A stretch of DNA of 64,000 bases from Octopus vulgaris (GCA_951406725.2 OX597827.1:63922001-63986000); one strand, 5' to 3'; shown: positions 39,131 through 51,272, counted from the first letter of the stretch. The notes: generated by a model from the sequence alone, not told the origin. Numbers and translations: made by a program.

Positions 39131-39477
39131 TAAAATCATTTGCTACGTCTAAAACAGACAACATCCTGTCACTAACCCTAAATTTTAGCCTTTCGTTTTT
39201 TTTTGTTTTGTTTTCTTAATTGTTAAATTAATTTAAGGATAACAATTAAGAAAAAAAAAAAAACGAAAGGCTAAAACGAAAGCAATGGAAAATAATTTTA
39301 ATTTAACAATTAAGAAAAAAAAAACGAAAGCAAAAACTCAAAACAAAACGAATAATTTTAGACACGCGTAACAATTAAGAAAAAAAAAAAACGAAAGGCT
39401 AAAATTTAGGGTGAGGGTTAGAGTTAGGGTTAGTGACAGGATGTTGTCTCAGTTTTAGACGCAGCAAATGATTTTAT
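39131..39477. repeat. Inverted repeat with telomere-like (TTAGGG) variants
   Basis: taaaatcatttgct.cgtctaaaac..agacaacatcctgtcactaaccctaa is mirrored by ttagggttagtgacaggatgttgtct..gttttagacg.agcaaatgatttta. Confidence 0.8.
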
Positions 39478-40159
39478 ATATAACATATGGATATATACGT
39501 GCTGAAAAACTCTTATATATTTCTGATCTAAAGTATAAAATTGATATGAATTTAAACAACATGGTCCAATTAATCTGCAAAGAAAGGAAAAAAACCCATA
39601 AAAATTTATACCAAAGTACCTGCAAAGTGAAATAGCTAGTTAAAAAATCTTTATAAGGGATGAAAGTAGTAACTATAATGGGAAATGATGTTTGTCACCA
39701 TGGCTGTTCCCTAGGAACTGACATTACTGCTATTTTTAACCACAGGAGGATACCTATTCCAGCTGGTTAATCATATATATATGTATATATATATATATAT
39801 ATATATGTATGGTTTCAACTTCTTTGTGGTCATCCGCAGTGGTGGATACTCATCTAGAGATAGCAGTAGCTCATTCCAGCTCAAAATAAATAGAAACCAA
39901 GTGACACACAGTCACTGATCTTACAACAAGCAGATTAGTTAGTTAGAATATCTCTATAAGAGACGAAAGCAATAACTATAGTGTATATGTGTGTGTGAAT
40001 GATGAAGGACACTCTAGATAATGTATTCTCTGATATTCACAAAGACTGGATGGTCATATATAGAATGTCTTCATCACTGTTTTACTCAACAGTAATGCTC
40101 ATTTGATATCTCAGTTTTTACATTTTAGTTTCTTGATCATTTTGTCTACCTATGTACCT

Positions 40160-40610
40160 GTGAGGAGGTGCTGAAATGTTCCTGACGTTGGGTAAAAGAA
40201 AATACAGGTGGATCAGTTAATTATGATTTTACTCAACATATTCACCTCTCAGATTCACAAACGTTTGCCAGCGGTCATCTAGTTTTTCTACGCCCTGTAA
40301 AAGAACTCGGAAGTTTGGGCCTCCGACCAGTACCTTCATGATACCCTTAAAGCCAGGAACATTTCATCTCTCCCTTGTATACCCACACACACACACATAC
40401 ATGAGGGGGTACTAAAATTTCCTGGCTTTGGGTAAAAGAAAATACAATTAATTATGATTTTATTCAACATATTCCCCTCTCAGATTCGCACACTTATTAC
40501 AGCAGTCCTTTAGTTTTTCTAAGCCCTGTAAAAAGAACTCAGAATGTTGGCCTTCCAACCAGGTCTTTCGCGATACCCTTAAAGCCAGGAACCTTTCAGC
40601 ACCCCATCAT
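40160..40610. mobile_element. Two tandem ~210-bp mariner-like MITEs (further copies at ~19690, ~22650 and 43141-43350)
   Basis: TIR-like atgagggggt.ct.aaa..ttcctggcttt / aaagccaggaac.tttcagcaccccatcat. Confidence 0.7.
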
Positions 40611-40624
40611 ATATAACTTGATTA

Positions 40625-40930
40625 TCTTTATATATAAAATTGAAGTTGTGTGTGTGAGACTCTGTCTCCTCCAATTTAGATTCCTAACTACTCCCACATT
40701 TTGCGATGCAGTTTAACCAAAAGCAGGTATCTTATAGTCGTCATTCATATCAAGCCCTTCTGGGTATTAGCGCGCGTCTACTATGAGTCTACGATTTAAA
40801 AAAAATTTACCATCATTTTTCCGCATTTTTAATGATTTTTGTTCGGGTTATACAAGGGAAGTAACTCTCTAAAAATGCTTATATAGTTATTTCCCTTACA
40901 AACCCAAGCAACGCCAAGCGATACTGCTAG
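40625..40930 (+). mobile_element. Short non-autonomous Helitron
   Basis: A|TC 5' end (tctttatatataaaa) and CTAG|T 3' end preceded by a degenerate hairpin; inserted ~38 nt upstream of the copy 3 acceptor. Confidence 0.7.
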
Positions 40931-40988
40931 TATTATATATAATAACTTTATCCAATTTTTTCATCCAGGTATTTTCTGATTGTTTAAG

Positions 40989-41303
40989 ATGGGAAGCGAC
41001 AGACGGAATGTTTCACCTCTGATGGAAGGTATTCAACTAGGTGGTGCTGTTGCTGCAGCAGCTGGTGTGATTTATGCGCTTTATACATACTTTTCTTCAA
41101 AGGAGTCAAATACCACTTACAAGGAAACCAATTATACGTGCCATACACATACAACAGAGAATGCATATGGAAGAGTGACAAACAGACAAGAAAATAACCA
41201 AACCAAAGAGACGCACACCACTGAAAGGGTTAGGGAATTTAGTAACAATCTGCAATTAGAAAACCGCAACAGTCTCAGCCGTAAAAATAAACATAGAAAA
41301 TGA
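40989..41303 (+). CDS. Small protein (104 aa, or 93 aa from the ATG at 41022) with N-terminal hydrophobic anchor; coding exon of paralog copy 3
   Basis: Acceptor ttttttcatccAG (ending 40968) 20 nt before ATG, the same spacing and near-identical acceptor as copy 1. The ORF has IQLGGAVAAAAGVIYALYTYF followed by a hydrophilic T/N/E/R-rich tail. Confidence 0.62.
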   Translation: MGSDRRNVSPLMEGIQLGGAVAAAAGVIYALYTYFSSKESNTTYKETNYTCHTHTTENAYGRVTNRQENNQTKETHTTERVREFSNNLQLENRNSLSRKNKHRK

Positions 41304-42009
41304 TGATTGAAAATAGGAATTGTTCAGTTTGTCTGTTCAAATTCCACCAACATCAACTTTATCAGCTGGTTCGTATTTTACCAACTCTGAAAGGTCAGAC
41401 TTGATATAATAAGTACCAGCTGAGGACTGGGGTTGATATAATCGACTTACCCCAACATTGCTGGTCTTCTACTAAAATTTGAAGCCATTATTATTATTAT
41501 TTGACTGACTCAGTTTTTTTCTTATACCTTCTAGAATTTATGTGGGCTGCGGGTCACTACTTGAAACCTGAGATATTCACAAGCTTTCAACTGTTTCAAA
41601 CTCTTCTGATAATCTTTCTTGTCCCTGAGAGGCAAACTTTCTGTAGGGTGTCTACATGACTTCCTATCCAAACTTCTTCAATTATTTGTGTATATTTTTT
41701 ACTTACATTTATATCTTTATTCACAATTATTATTATTATTATTATTATTATTATTTTATTGACCCTGAAAAGGATGAACGGCGAGGTTGACTTTGCCTTT
41801 CATCCTTTCAGGGTCAATGTACTCAACTCATCCCCTCCCCTGAAATTGCCAGGGTTGGGCCAAAGTTTGAAATCATTACTACTAACAAAGAAATCAATAT
41901 TAAAAGAAGAATGAATGAATAAAGAAAGTATTATTATTATTATTATTGTTATTATTATTCTATGAAAACTCATAGCTTATTTTGCTGGGTATGATGGTGT
42001 CTATTGTCC

Positions 42010-42245
42010 ACAGCCAGCAGACTAAGGTGACACTTGTTTACCGGTCATGCTTGAAGATCCCTGCAAAGAATTTTTGCAGTTCCAAGCAATGCTGATATTT
42101 GAAGGGGTTCTACCTTCACACTTGCACCAATCTTTTTCAGCCATGTTGGTAGTTGAGTGCTGATGCTTCAAAGTGTACCAATTACTATTTGTATAACATC
42201 TACTCTCTTCATTAACAACAACCTTCATATTTCCCATTTCAAATC
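42010..42245 (-). pseudogene. R4/Dong-like LINE 3' coding remnant
   Basis: Minus-strand QISALLGTAKIL resembles the Q..ALLGTA.ILR terminus of R4-clade ORFs. Confidence 0.5.
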
Positions 42246-42765
42246 ATCATAGCTGTTTATTTTTTCTTTTCCTTTCACATTGATCCTGTTGTCACTGGAG
42301 AATGCTACATCGATTATCATTCATGTTCATTATTTCCTTTCTTCTTATTATTATTAATTATTGTTATCATCATCATCATTATTACTATTATTAATGTGGC
42401 GAGCTGGCAGTTTTTGCCAAGCCATCTAACTCATGCCAGCATGGAAAATGGACATTAAATATTGATGATGTGTTGTATTTGTGTCTGTGTTTGTCATCAT
42501 CCCCCATCCCATTTGACAATTGGTGTTGGTATGTTTATAGATCTGTAACTTAGCAGTTTGGCAAAAAATACTTATAGAATAACTGCTCGAGGAAATTTAT
42601 CCTGTTAAAATTCTTCAAGGCTGTCTCCAGCATGGCTGCAATCTAATGACTGTAACATTTAGAAGATAAAAGAACAGTGTGCAGTCCAAACATTACTGCA
42701 TATTTCAACCATTTGTATATAGTCAAATATTAAGTGTGTGATTCAAATAATTGTTTTAGATTATT

Positions 42766-43105
42766 GGCACCTTGGGCAAGTGTCTTCTACTATAGCCTCG
42801 GGCCAACCAAAGCCTTGTAAGTGAATTTGGTAGATGGAAACTGAAAGAAGCCCATCGTATATATGTATATATATATATATATGTATGTGTGCGTGTATGT
42901 TTGTGTGTGTGTGTTTCTCCCCTTAGCATTGCTTGACAACCGATGCTGGTGTGTTTATGTCCCCGTCACTTAGCGGTTCGGCAAAAGAGACCGATAGAAT
43001 AAGTACTGGGCTTACAAAAGAATAAGTCACGGGGTCGAGTTGCTCGATTAAAGGCGGTGCTCCAGCATGGCCGCAGTCAAAATGACTGAAACAAGTAAAA
43101 GAGTA
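42766..43105 (+). mobile_element. SINE family A, 5'-truncated
   Basis: ggcaccttgggcaagtgtctt...gactgaaacaagtaaaagagta. Confidence 0.85.
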
Positions 43106-43719
43106 TTATATAACTGTAATGATCACAGTACTTGACAGCTATGACGGGGTTCAGAAAAGTTCCTGGCTTTGGGTAAAAAAAAAAATACAAGAGGATCAGT
43201 TAATTATTCAACATATTCCTTTCTCATAGTTACTCAGTTATTGCAGCAGTCTTTCAGTTTTCCTAAGTCTTGTAAAAAAAGGCGGGAAGGTTGGGCCTCC
43301 AGCCAGTGCCTTTTGCTGTACCCTTAAAGTCAGGAACTTTTCAGCACTACTTTGTGTGTATTTACATATATATATGTATATAATATATATGTGTGTGTGT
43401 GTGTATGTATAATATATATATGTGTGTGTGTGTGTATAATATATATATGTGTGTGTGTGTATAATATACATATGTATGTGTGTATAATATATATATATAT
43501 TTCTTTACTGCCCACAAGGGGCTAAATATAGAGGGGACAAACAAGGACAGACAAAGGGATTATGTCGACTACATCAACCCTAGTGCAAAACTGGTACTTT
43601 ATTTATTGACCCCGAAAGGATGAAAGGCAAAGTCGACCTCGGCGGAATTTGAACACAGAACGCAGCGGCGGACGAAATACCACAATATATATATGTACGT
43701 ACACTCACATATATGTATG

Positions 43720-43775
<56 letters not shown>

Positions 43776-43862
43776 TACCTGTACTCGGTAATTCCCGGGG
43801 GTAAATATGTTCAATTATAAAAATGTACGCACACACATCTTGCCTTATATATATATATACAC

Positions 43863-43910
<48 letters not shown>

Positions 43911-44099
43911 ACTAGCTAGTGTACCTGGTAATTCCCGGGGGGGGGGGGGCAAAGATTAAATGCCTTATTACTCTGATATAAAAAAGCAATTTCATTATAA
44001 CTGCCACAAAAGGTGTATTTTCTGTTGCGAGAAGATACAAAAGAACTGTCTGCTGGAGGAGGGGGGGGATTGTTGGAGGTAGGTGAGAAAGTACTCTGA

Positions 44100-45037
44100 C
44101 TCGTCATGGCATTTTAAAGGTGAACTTTATGCAGGCTAATTTATTAAAGGTAATGTATAAAGGTAGTATTTATGTATATAAATAAATAAATGAAGTGTTT
44201 AATGTTTAAGAAAGTGCAATAATAACTTTCACACTCACTGATGGTCGTTCTCAGTAACTACCTTTAGCTTACAGAGTTCTTATTTTTATAACTATTGAAA
44301 AGCAGCCAAAAGGATAGACATATTGTTGAGAATAAATGATTTCGTTGGAGGTATGTTACCTCCATTACTGCCCCTGGTGGCCTAGAAGAGGTTAGAGGGA
44401 TCAAGTGGCAAAGACATTCTGCTTAGTGTAGGTATCTGAGAAATGTTTAACTGCTGCCATCCACAGAAAACTTGTTTTACCATGAGAAAAGCACTGTTGA
44501 AGTGTTAAATGAAATTAGGCAATCAAGGATTGAATCCATGCCATGCCTGCATGAAGCCACTATAAATTTGTTGTGGAATAAAAAATTTATCTACTGTCAT
44601 GGAAAATGTGTATCTGCAAAAACAGTATGTATGTATAGAAATGTATGAATGGAGTTTTTAAGGTTTAAAATTCAAATCAAGGAAATGCAATAATAATGTT
44701 TAGCAGTTCAAAACTGAGTAGTCAAATGCAGAATTAGGTTGGCTGGTCATGAGAATCAAATATTGATCACTTCGCTAAAAACTGCAGGTGGTATGGGTTG
44801 TTTAGATAAAATATTAGTAATATGTAGTAGATAGAAGGATCCATTGGAAGAGGTGGTAAAAGTGTGTCATAAACTCTTGTCACTTCCCCATGCCACTCAA
44901 AAGAATACTACATGAAAAGAAAGGTAGAAGATTGAATAATATCTGTGTCAATAAGAGACATAAGGCACAAAGAAAAGGTTTCCTATATATGTATATGTGC
45001 ACATGTGTATATATACATACATATTCATACATTTGTT

Positions 45038-45068
<31 letters not shown>

Positions 45069-45545
45069 CAATAAGAAATACCAGAAACATAATTGGCATT
45101 TTGAAGCTTTATAATGTTCATTCATTCCCATAAGCCACTGGATCATATGCTCGGTATTTTAACAAAAAAAATTCAGTATTTTGTTCATTGCATGCTGTTA
45201 TACATTGTAATCATACATTTTATGCAGAAGGTGGTATACCAGAATACGGGTGATAGAAGAGGGGGAGGAGGATGTGATGGGAGACACATGTACACACATT
45301 CATAGATGACTACGTGCATACACATGTGCTTACACAAAGAATAGACAAAATTGGAGAAAGTGAGGTAGAAAATCCTGGGGTTTTAATTATAGTAACTACC
45401 AGCAGTTAATGTATATTTAACAAATATATATAAAAAAATTTCATATAGCAGACTAAAGCTTTATGAGGGGATTTGCAAGATGGAAACTGGAAGAAGCCCG
45501 TCATGTGTGTGTGTATGGATATATATTTATATATATATATATATA

Positions 45546-45579
<34 letters not shown>

Positions 45580-47000
45580 CAGATATGTATACATACATAT
45601 ATTTTGTGTGTCTGTGTTTGTACCCCTAGCATTGCTTGACAACTGATGCTGGTGTGTTTACGTCCCCGTCACTTAGCGGTTCGGCCAAAGAGACCGATAG
45701 AATAAGTACTGGGCTTACAAAGAATAAGTCTCGGGGTCGATTTGCTCGACTAAAAGGCGGTGCTCCAGCATGGCCGCAGTCAAATGACTGAAACAAGTAA
45801 AAGAGTAAAAAGAGAGTAAGAGTATATGCATATTTACATTTTAATTTTGGGTGAAATGGTAGTGATTATAAACTTTTATCCATAATGTCCCAATTTCCCT
45901 TATCCTTACTTAACAACATTGCCATTCCCTGGCAAACAGAACTGGAAATGTTGTCTCCTGCTTCTTTGATAGGCATCTACCTGAACAGTGGTGAGTAAGT
46001 CTGGCACATTAGCATAAAGATCGTAAAGTAGACTGTTCAAACCTAACCAAATTTCCTTCCCACAATCAGGCAGTAACTCCCACATTTCAGCTGCCATTAT
46101 CAATTTTCTGTAACATTCCACTTCTAGCAATAATTGAGATGGGCTATGAAGTTCACTGTGTCCATTCCATTGCCTCCCACAAATAGTCAGGAAAAATGTC
46201 ACTGACAAACAACTCAAATCTACCTGGAATTCAATTGCATGCAGTTGTGGTCTGTCAAAGACCAGATTGTGACTTTGTTGCCCATTGCACTTCTACCTCG
46301 ATGCTTTGAATGTTTTTCCTTTTCATTTTAAGTCTAAGAATATGGATTCAAACAATGCAATATTTATGTCTCATGTCAAAGAAATGGTCAGTACACATTC
46401 TTGATGCTTGTATTTCATATATGATGCCTCTACAAATAACTTTTTTGCAGTTCACTTCCTCCCAGTTCCTTCTCCAATTGTTCTCTAGCACTATCCCCTT
46501 ACTACATTTATTTATGCGAGGTGTAAACCTTATAGTCATTTAAGAGCTTAAGATCATGCAACATAGAAACATTACTCTTACATACTGTATTTTCTTGCAT
46601 ACAAGTTGAATTTTTCTGATCAAAATTTACACCCCCACCCACCCCCAAAAATAGGTTGACATATACATTAAAACAACTTTGAAGAACTAAAGATTCCTTG
46701 TGATATGCTGTGGGATTTAGAAAGACAACGATGGTGTTTGAATGTTTACACCACAAACTATGCCAGTTTGTATGCCATAAAATGTGATATATGTTTAGTA
46801 TCTTGCGGTCTTTCAGTATATGAACCAGCTTCCAAACGCTTGCCTGGGCCACCTTGTGCATTCATACAAACCACACTCAATGCTGCTCTAAATAACAAGA
46901 GAAAATACCACTTACCTTATAGTTCTTGTTGAGGTGCATTGTACATTTTTAGTTCCTTAAAAGACCCCTCCAGCATTTTTAGTGCTGGGGTCTTTATGAA
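44100..47000 (-). pseudogene. Highly decayed L1/Tx1-like ORF2 (APE endonuclease to RT), interrupted by a SINE A at ~45453-45820
   Basis: Weak minus-strand remnants in plausible order: LSVVCMNAQG (~46880), CTDH (~46390), SAFD (~44725). Heavily degenerate. Confidence 0.35.
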
Positions 47001-47152
47001 TTTCCCAGGTTCATTGGTAATTTCTCTTTTATAGTTCTATATACTCCAAGTATTGTCCTCAACAGGAGTTTCTCATTTAGTCACTTTTAGGAGGAGTTGG
47101 TTCCTCTCACCTTCCTATTTGCTTTATTTTCGTTTGTAATTTTACGAATTCT

Positions 47153-47947
47153 TATTTCTTTATTGCCTACAAGGGGCTAAACATAGAGGGGACAAACAAG
47201 GACAGACAAACGGATTAATTCGATTATATCAACCTCAGTGCGTAACTGGTACTTATTTAATCGACTCCGAAAGGATGAAAGGCAAAATCGACCTCGGCAG
47301 AATTTGAACTCAGAACGTAACTGCAGACGAAATACCGCAAGGCATTTCGCCCGGCGTGTTAACGTTTCTGCCAGCTCGCCGCCTTTTATGAATTCTATCA
47401 TTGCTACGACGTTCTCGTGAACGAACAATGAAGTTGAGAAGTGTTTGTCCAAGTTCTTGCTATTGCAGCTGTTGTTCTTATTTTTTCATCTTGCAGATCA
47501 GTCACACTCCCACCATTCTCCAGGTGACTTTAGACCCACAAAGTTTTCAGGTTTGAAGGATCTTTCTCTTTTTCCAGTCTAATTAAAAGCTGATGTATAT
47601 ATGTATATTGATGGTTGAGTATGCGTATATACTGTTGTGAAATATTTTTTTTTTTTAACGTTTTTAATGTATTAATTGTATTAATCGAATTATATTTCAT
47701 ATATAATTAATTCAGTTTCATGGATAGATGAAGCGTTAGCACGCCGGGCGAAATAGGTAGCCGTATTTCGTCTGCCGTTACGTTCTGAGTTCAAATTCCA
47801 CCGAGGTCGACTTTGCTCTTCATCCTTTCGGGGTCGATAAATTAAGTACCAATTATGTACTGGGGTCGATATAATCGACTTAATCCGTTTGTCTGTCCTT
47901 GTTTGTCCCCTCTGCGTGTAGCCCCTTGTGGGCAATAAAGAAATAGG
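47153..47947. mobile_element. Head-to-head pair of family B SINEs (47153-47383 minus; ~47733-47947 plus)
   Basis: Both match the family consensus, in opposite orientations ~350 bp apart. Confidence 0.85.
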
Positions 47948-48557
47948 TATCTGAGAAAGGCAGATATGTCAGCACGAGTTTTATTGTTTGTGTTGTTTAG
48001 GAGAGGGCACCTTTCACAGCCTTTGTAGGTGGTACAAGTGTTTGTCTTTTGAGCAATTTATTTAGCTGTTTAACCAATTTATTATGCTTTTAGCAATTTA
48101 TTATTGTGGCTGTTGACGTAGATTGTGTTAGTGTTGTTTTCTCATTTGATGTTATTAGGGAAGTTTTGTAGCTGTTACATGACAAGGAAACTGAAAATGC
48201 ATAAGTTGGTTAGTGACACTGCAGTGAAATCCCTTTGGCTTCCTTTCTGTCTTTTATTATTATCATGTTTTGTATGTCTCCATTTGGAATTAGAATGAAA
48301 TTTCTACAAAGTTTTACATGTAAGAAGAACCTCCATCTCAAGGTATTTTACATGTAAGGAAGATTGAGGATTATTTCCCCTAGTTCCTCTATAACTTCCA
48401 CCAAAATTACTGATTTAAAATTTGGTGGTACATTATGAATATTCACTTTAGTAGATCAACGAAACACGTTGATAAGAATTTAAAATATTACTCAGGTACA
48501 CAGGAGTTGGAGTTTTTTTCCTTCTCTTCCTAACTTCAGAATAAACTTCCATTCTCT

Positions 48558-48771
48558 TACTCTTTTACTCTCTTTTACTTGTTTCAGTCATTTGACTGTG
48601 GCCATGCTGGAGCACCACCTTTAATCGAGCAACTCGACCCCGGGACTTATTCTTTTGTAAGCCTAGTACTTATTCTATCGGTCTCTTTTGCCGAACCGCT
48701 AAGTGACGGGGATGTAAACACACCAACATCGGTTGTCAAGTAATGCTAGGGGGACAAACACACAAACATAT

Positions 48772-48807
<36 letters not shown>

Positions 48808-49327
48808 ATATATACGACAGGCTTCTTTCAGTTTCCGTCTACCAAATCCACTCACAAGGCATTGGTTGGCCCGAGGCTATAGCAGAAGACACTTGCCCAA
48901 GTTGTCACGCAGTGGGACTGAACCTGGAACCATGTGGTTTGTAAGCAAGCTACTTACCACACAGCCACGCCTGCGCTTCATTAGCAGGTGAAATTTTGAA
49001 ACTGCTATCACAACCTCACAGGGAAGGAAAAGAAAGAGCAAAGAATGATGTTCAGGGAGCAAAAATGTAAAGCAAAAAATTTTTTTCAGAATTATAATCT
49101 CCATTGTAGAAAACAAAGGAATGGTAAAAAAAAAAAATTATCCATTGGAATAGGCGCAGGAGTGGCTGTGTGGTAAGTAGCTTGTTTACCAACCACATGG
49201 TTCCGGGTTCAGTCCCACTGCGTGGCACCTTGGGCAAGTGTCTTCTACTATAGCCTCTGGCCGACCAGAGTCTTGTGAGTGGATTTGGTAAACGGAAACT
49301 GAAAGAAGCCCGTCGTATATATGTATG

Positions 49328-49382
<55 letters not shown>

Positions 49383-49586
49383 TTGTGTGTCTGTGTTTGT
49401 CCCCCTAGCATTACTTGACAACCGATGCTGGTGTGTTTATGTCCCCGTTACTTAGCGGTTCGGCAAAAGAGACCGATAGAATAAGTACTGGGCTTACAAA
49501 AGAATAAGTCCCGGGGTCGAGTTGCTCGATTAAAGGCGGTGCTCCAGCATGGCCGCAGTCAAATGACTGAAACAAGTAAAAGAGTA
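48558..49586. mobile_element. Head-to-head pair of young family A SINEs (48558-48976 minus; 49153-49586 plus)
   Basis: Full-length copies: tRNA-like head (gtggctgtgtggta...gggttcagtccc), CORE-like caccttgggcaagt, internal microsatellite, tail gactgaaacaagtaaaagagta. Confidence 0.9.
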
Positions 49587-49719
49587 TGGAAACACACTGT
49601 TTGCCTTTTGTGGCACCACTTCCATTCTTCAGGTACTTCTAACTGCAACAAAGAAATGGTTTTGTCCCAATCCACATCATCATTTTTTTTTTTTATCACA
49701 CAACTACAGGTGATTATTT

Positions 49720-49875
49720 ACATTATTTACATTCGTCGGATATTTGTCCTCATCTTGTTTGTTGTTAACACAACGTTTCGGCTGATATACCCTCCAGCCT
49801 TCTGAAATCAGCCGAAACGTTTGTGTTAACAACAAACAAGATGAGGACAAATATCCGTCGAATATAAATAATGTT
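49720..49875. repeat. Inverted repeat (~70-bp arms) from a Penelope-type pLTR fragment
   Basis: ggatatttgtcctcatcttgtttgttgttaacacaacgtttcggctgat / atcagccgaaacgtttgtgttaacaacaaacaagatgaggacaaatatcc; an un-inverted relative lies at ~19980-20140. Confidence 0.85.
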
Positions 49876-50220
49876 AGTAAATAATGTACATAATTCCTCA
49901 TCTCTTAAATATAGACCTGCAGGTGATTGTTCTGGAGGGTACCAAATGCACTACCTCACACTTCACGTACTTTTGTACTCACAATGAAAAATGGCTTTTG
50001 CGCCCTTGTCATTTTTCTATTCAAACAACTGTAGGTGAATTCACGTCTCAGTGAGCAATTAATTCGACATGTCCGTTGATATTGCTGTCGCTATTTCGGA
50101 GTCACTGTTATTATTATTATTACATTCTTCTTATTGACGAAGTTGTAGTTATTTAGTTTCCTTAGACTTGCTGACATTCTCGTTCCTTTTTTAACTATTT
50201 GTGCTAACACTATTATTTTT

Positions 50221-50501
50221 CGGATCTTTTCCTTTTGAACGGCAGTTTTCAACACAATTTCTAGTTAACTAAACACTTTAAAACTTCGTATACCGGTAGA
50301 ATGTGTTTATAAAACATCATTTTTTTCTTGGCTTTATTGAGAAAATTCTATATAGAAATTGTGTTGAAAACTGCCGTTCAAAAGGAAAAGATCCGAATTT
50401 TCTCAATAAAGCCAAGAAAAAATGATGTTTTATAAACACATTCTACCAGTATACGAAGTTTAAAATTGTGTTGAAAACTGCCGTTCAAAAGGAAAAGATC
50501 C
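50221..50501. repeat. Complex local inversion/duplication of a short interspersed repeat
   Basis: cggatcttttccttttgaacggcagttttcaacacaattt occurs once forward and twice inverted; related segments at ~9000-9135 and ~38938-39065. Confidence 0.8.
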
Positions 50502-50657
50502 TATTTTTCTTCTTGGTTCTTAGTTTCTGTTGTTGCCATTGTTGTTGGTGTTGAGGGAGATTTTTGTTGCATTTCATATCAGCACTTCTCACAGTCTCAC
50601 TATTGTACTGCGCCATATCTGCATGCGTTGTCCAGCGTCTATGGAAGGAGAAAAGCA

Positions 50658-51272
50658 ATTCACTGAGGCAGACGACAGATTCTGCATGACAGTCTACCAC
50701 GCTTGTCATAGCTGCCTCCCACTGCACCTCCTTCTTCAGAGGTCAAAGGTCAATTAGTTTTAGACATCGGTGAAAAATAAATAAATAAATAATATAAAAT
50801 AAAAACTTTGTTTCACGAGCGTATTCACTAAAGCAGACGATAGATTCTGCATGACAGCTACCACGCTTGTCATAGCTGCCTCCCACTGCACCTCCTTCTT
50901 CAGAGGTCAAAGGTCAATTAGTTTTAGACATCGGTGAAAAATAAATAAATAAATAATATAAAATAAAAACTTTGTTTCACGAGCGTATTCACTAAAGCAG
51001 ACGATAGATTCTGCATGACAGCTACCACGCTTGTCATAGCTGCCTCCCACTGCACCTCCTTCTTCAGAGGTCAAAGGTCAATTAGTTTTAGACATCGGTG
51101 AAAAATAAATAAATAAATAATATAAAATAAAAACTTTGTTTCACGAGCGTATTCACTAAAGCAGACGACAGATTCTGCATGACAGCTACCACCCTTGTCA
51201 TAGCTGCCTCCCACTGCACCTCCTTCTTCAAAGGTCAAAAGTCAATTAGTTTTAGACAGCGGTGAAAAAATA
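50658..51272 (+). repeat. 164-bp tandem repeat, ~3.7 copies
   Basis: gcagacga at 50668, 50833, 50997 and 51161; each unit has an atgacagc/gcttgtcat hairpin and AGGTCAAAGGTCA (one mismatch in the last unit). Confidence 0.95.

Noticed and set aside
40989-41303. Assignment to IFI27/ISG12 or TOM20/TOM70
   Set aside because: Only compositional resemblance of one helix; the family-defining motifs and domains are absent, so no gene symbol is given.
49153-49230. tRNA gene
   Set aside because: The A/B-box-like head belongs to a SINE; no complete cloverleaf and it continues into the SINE body.
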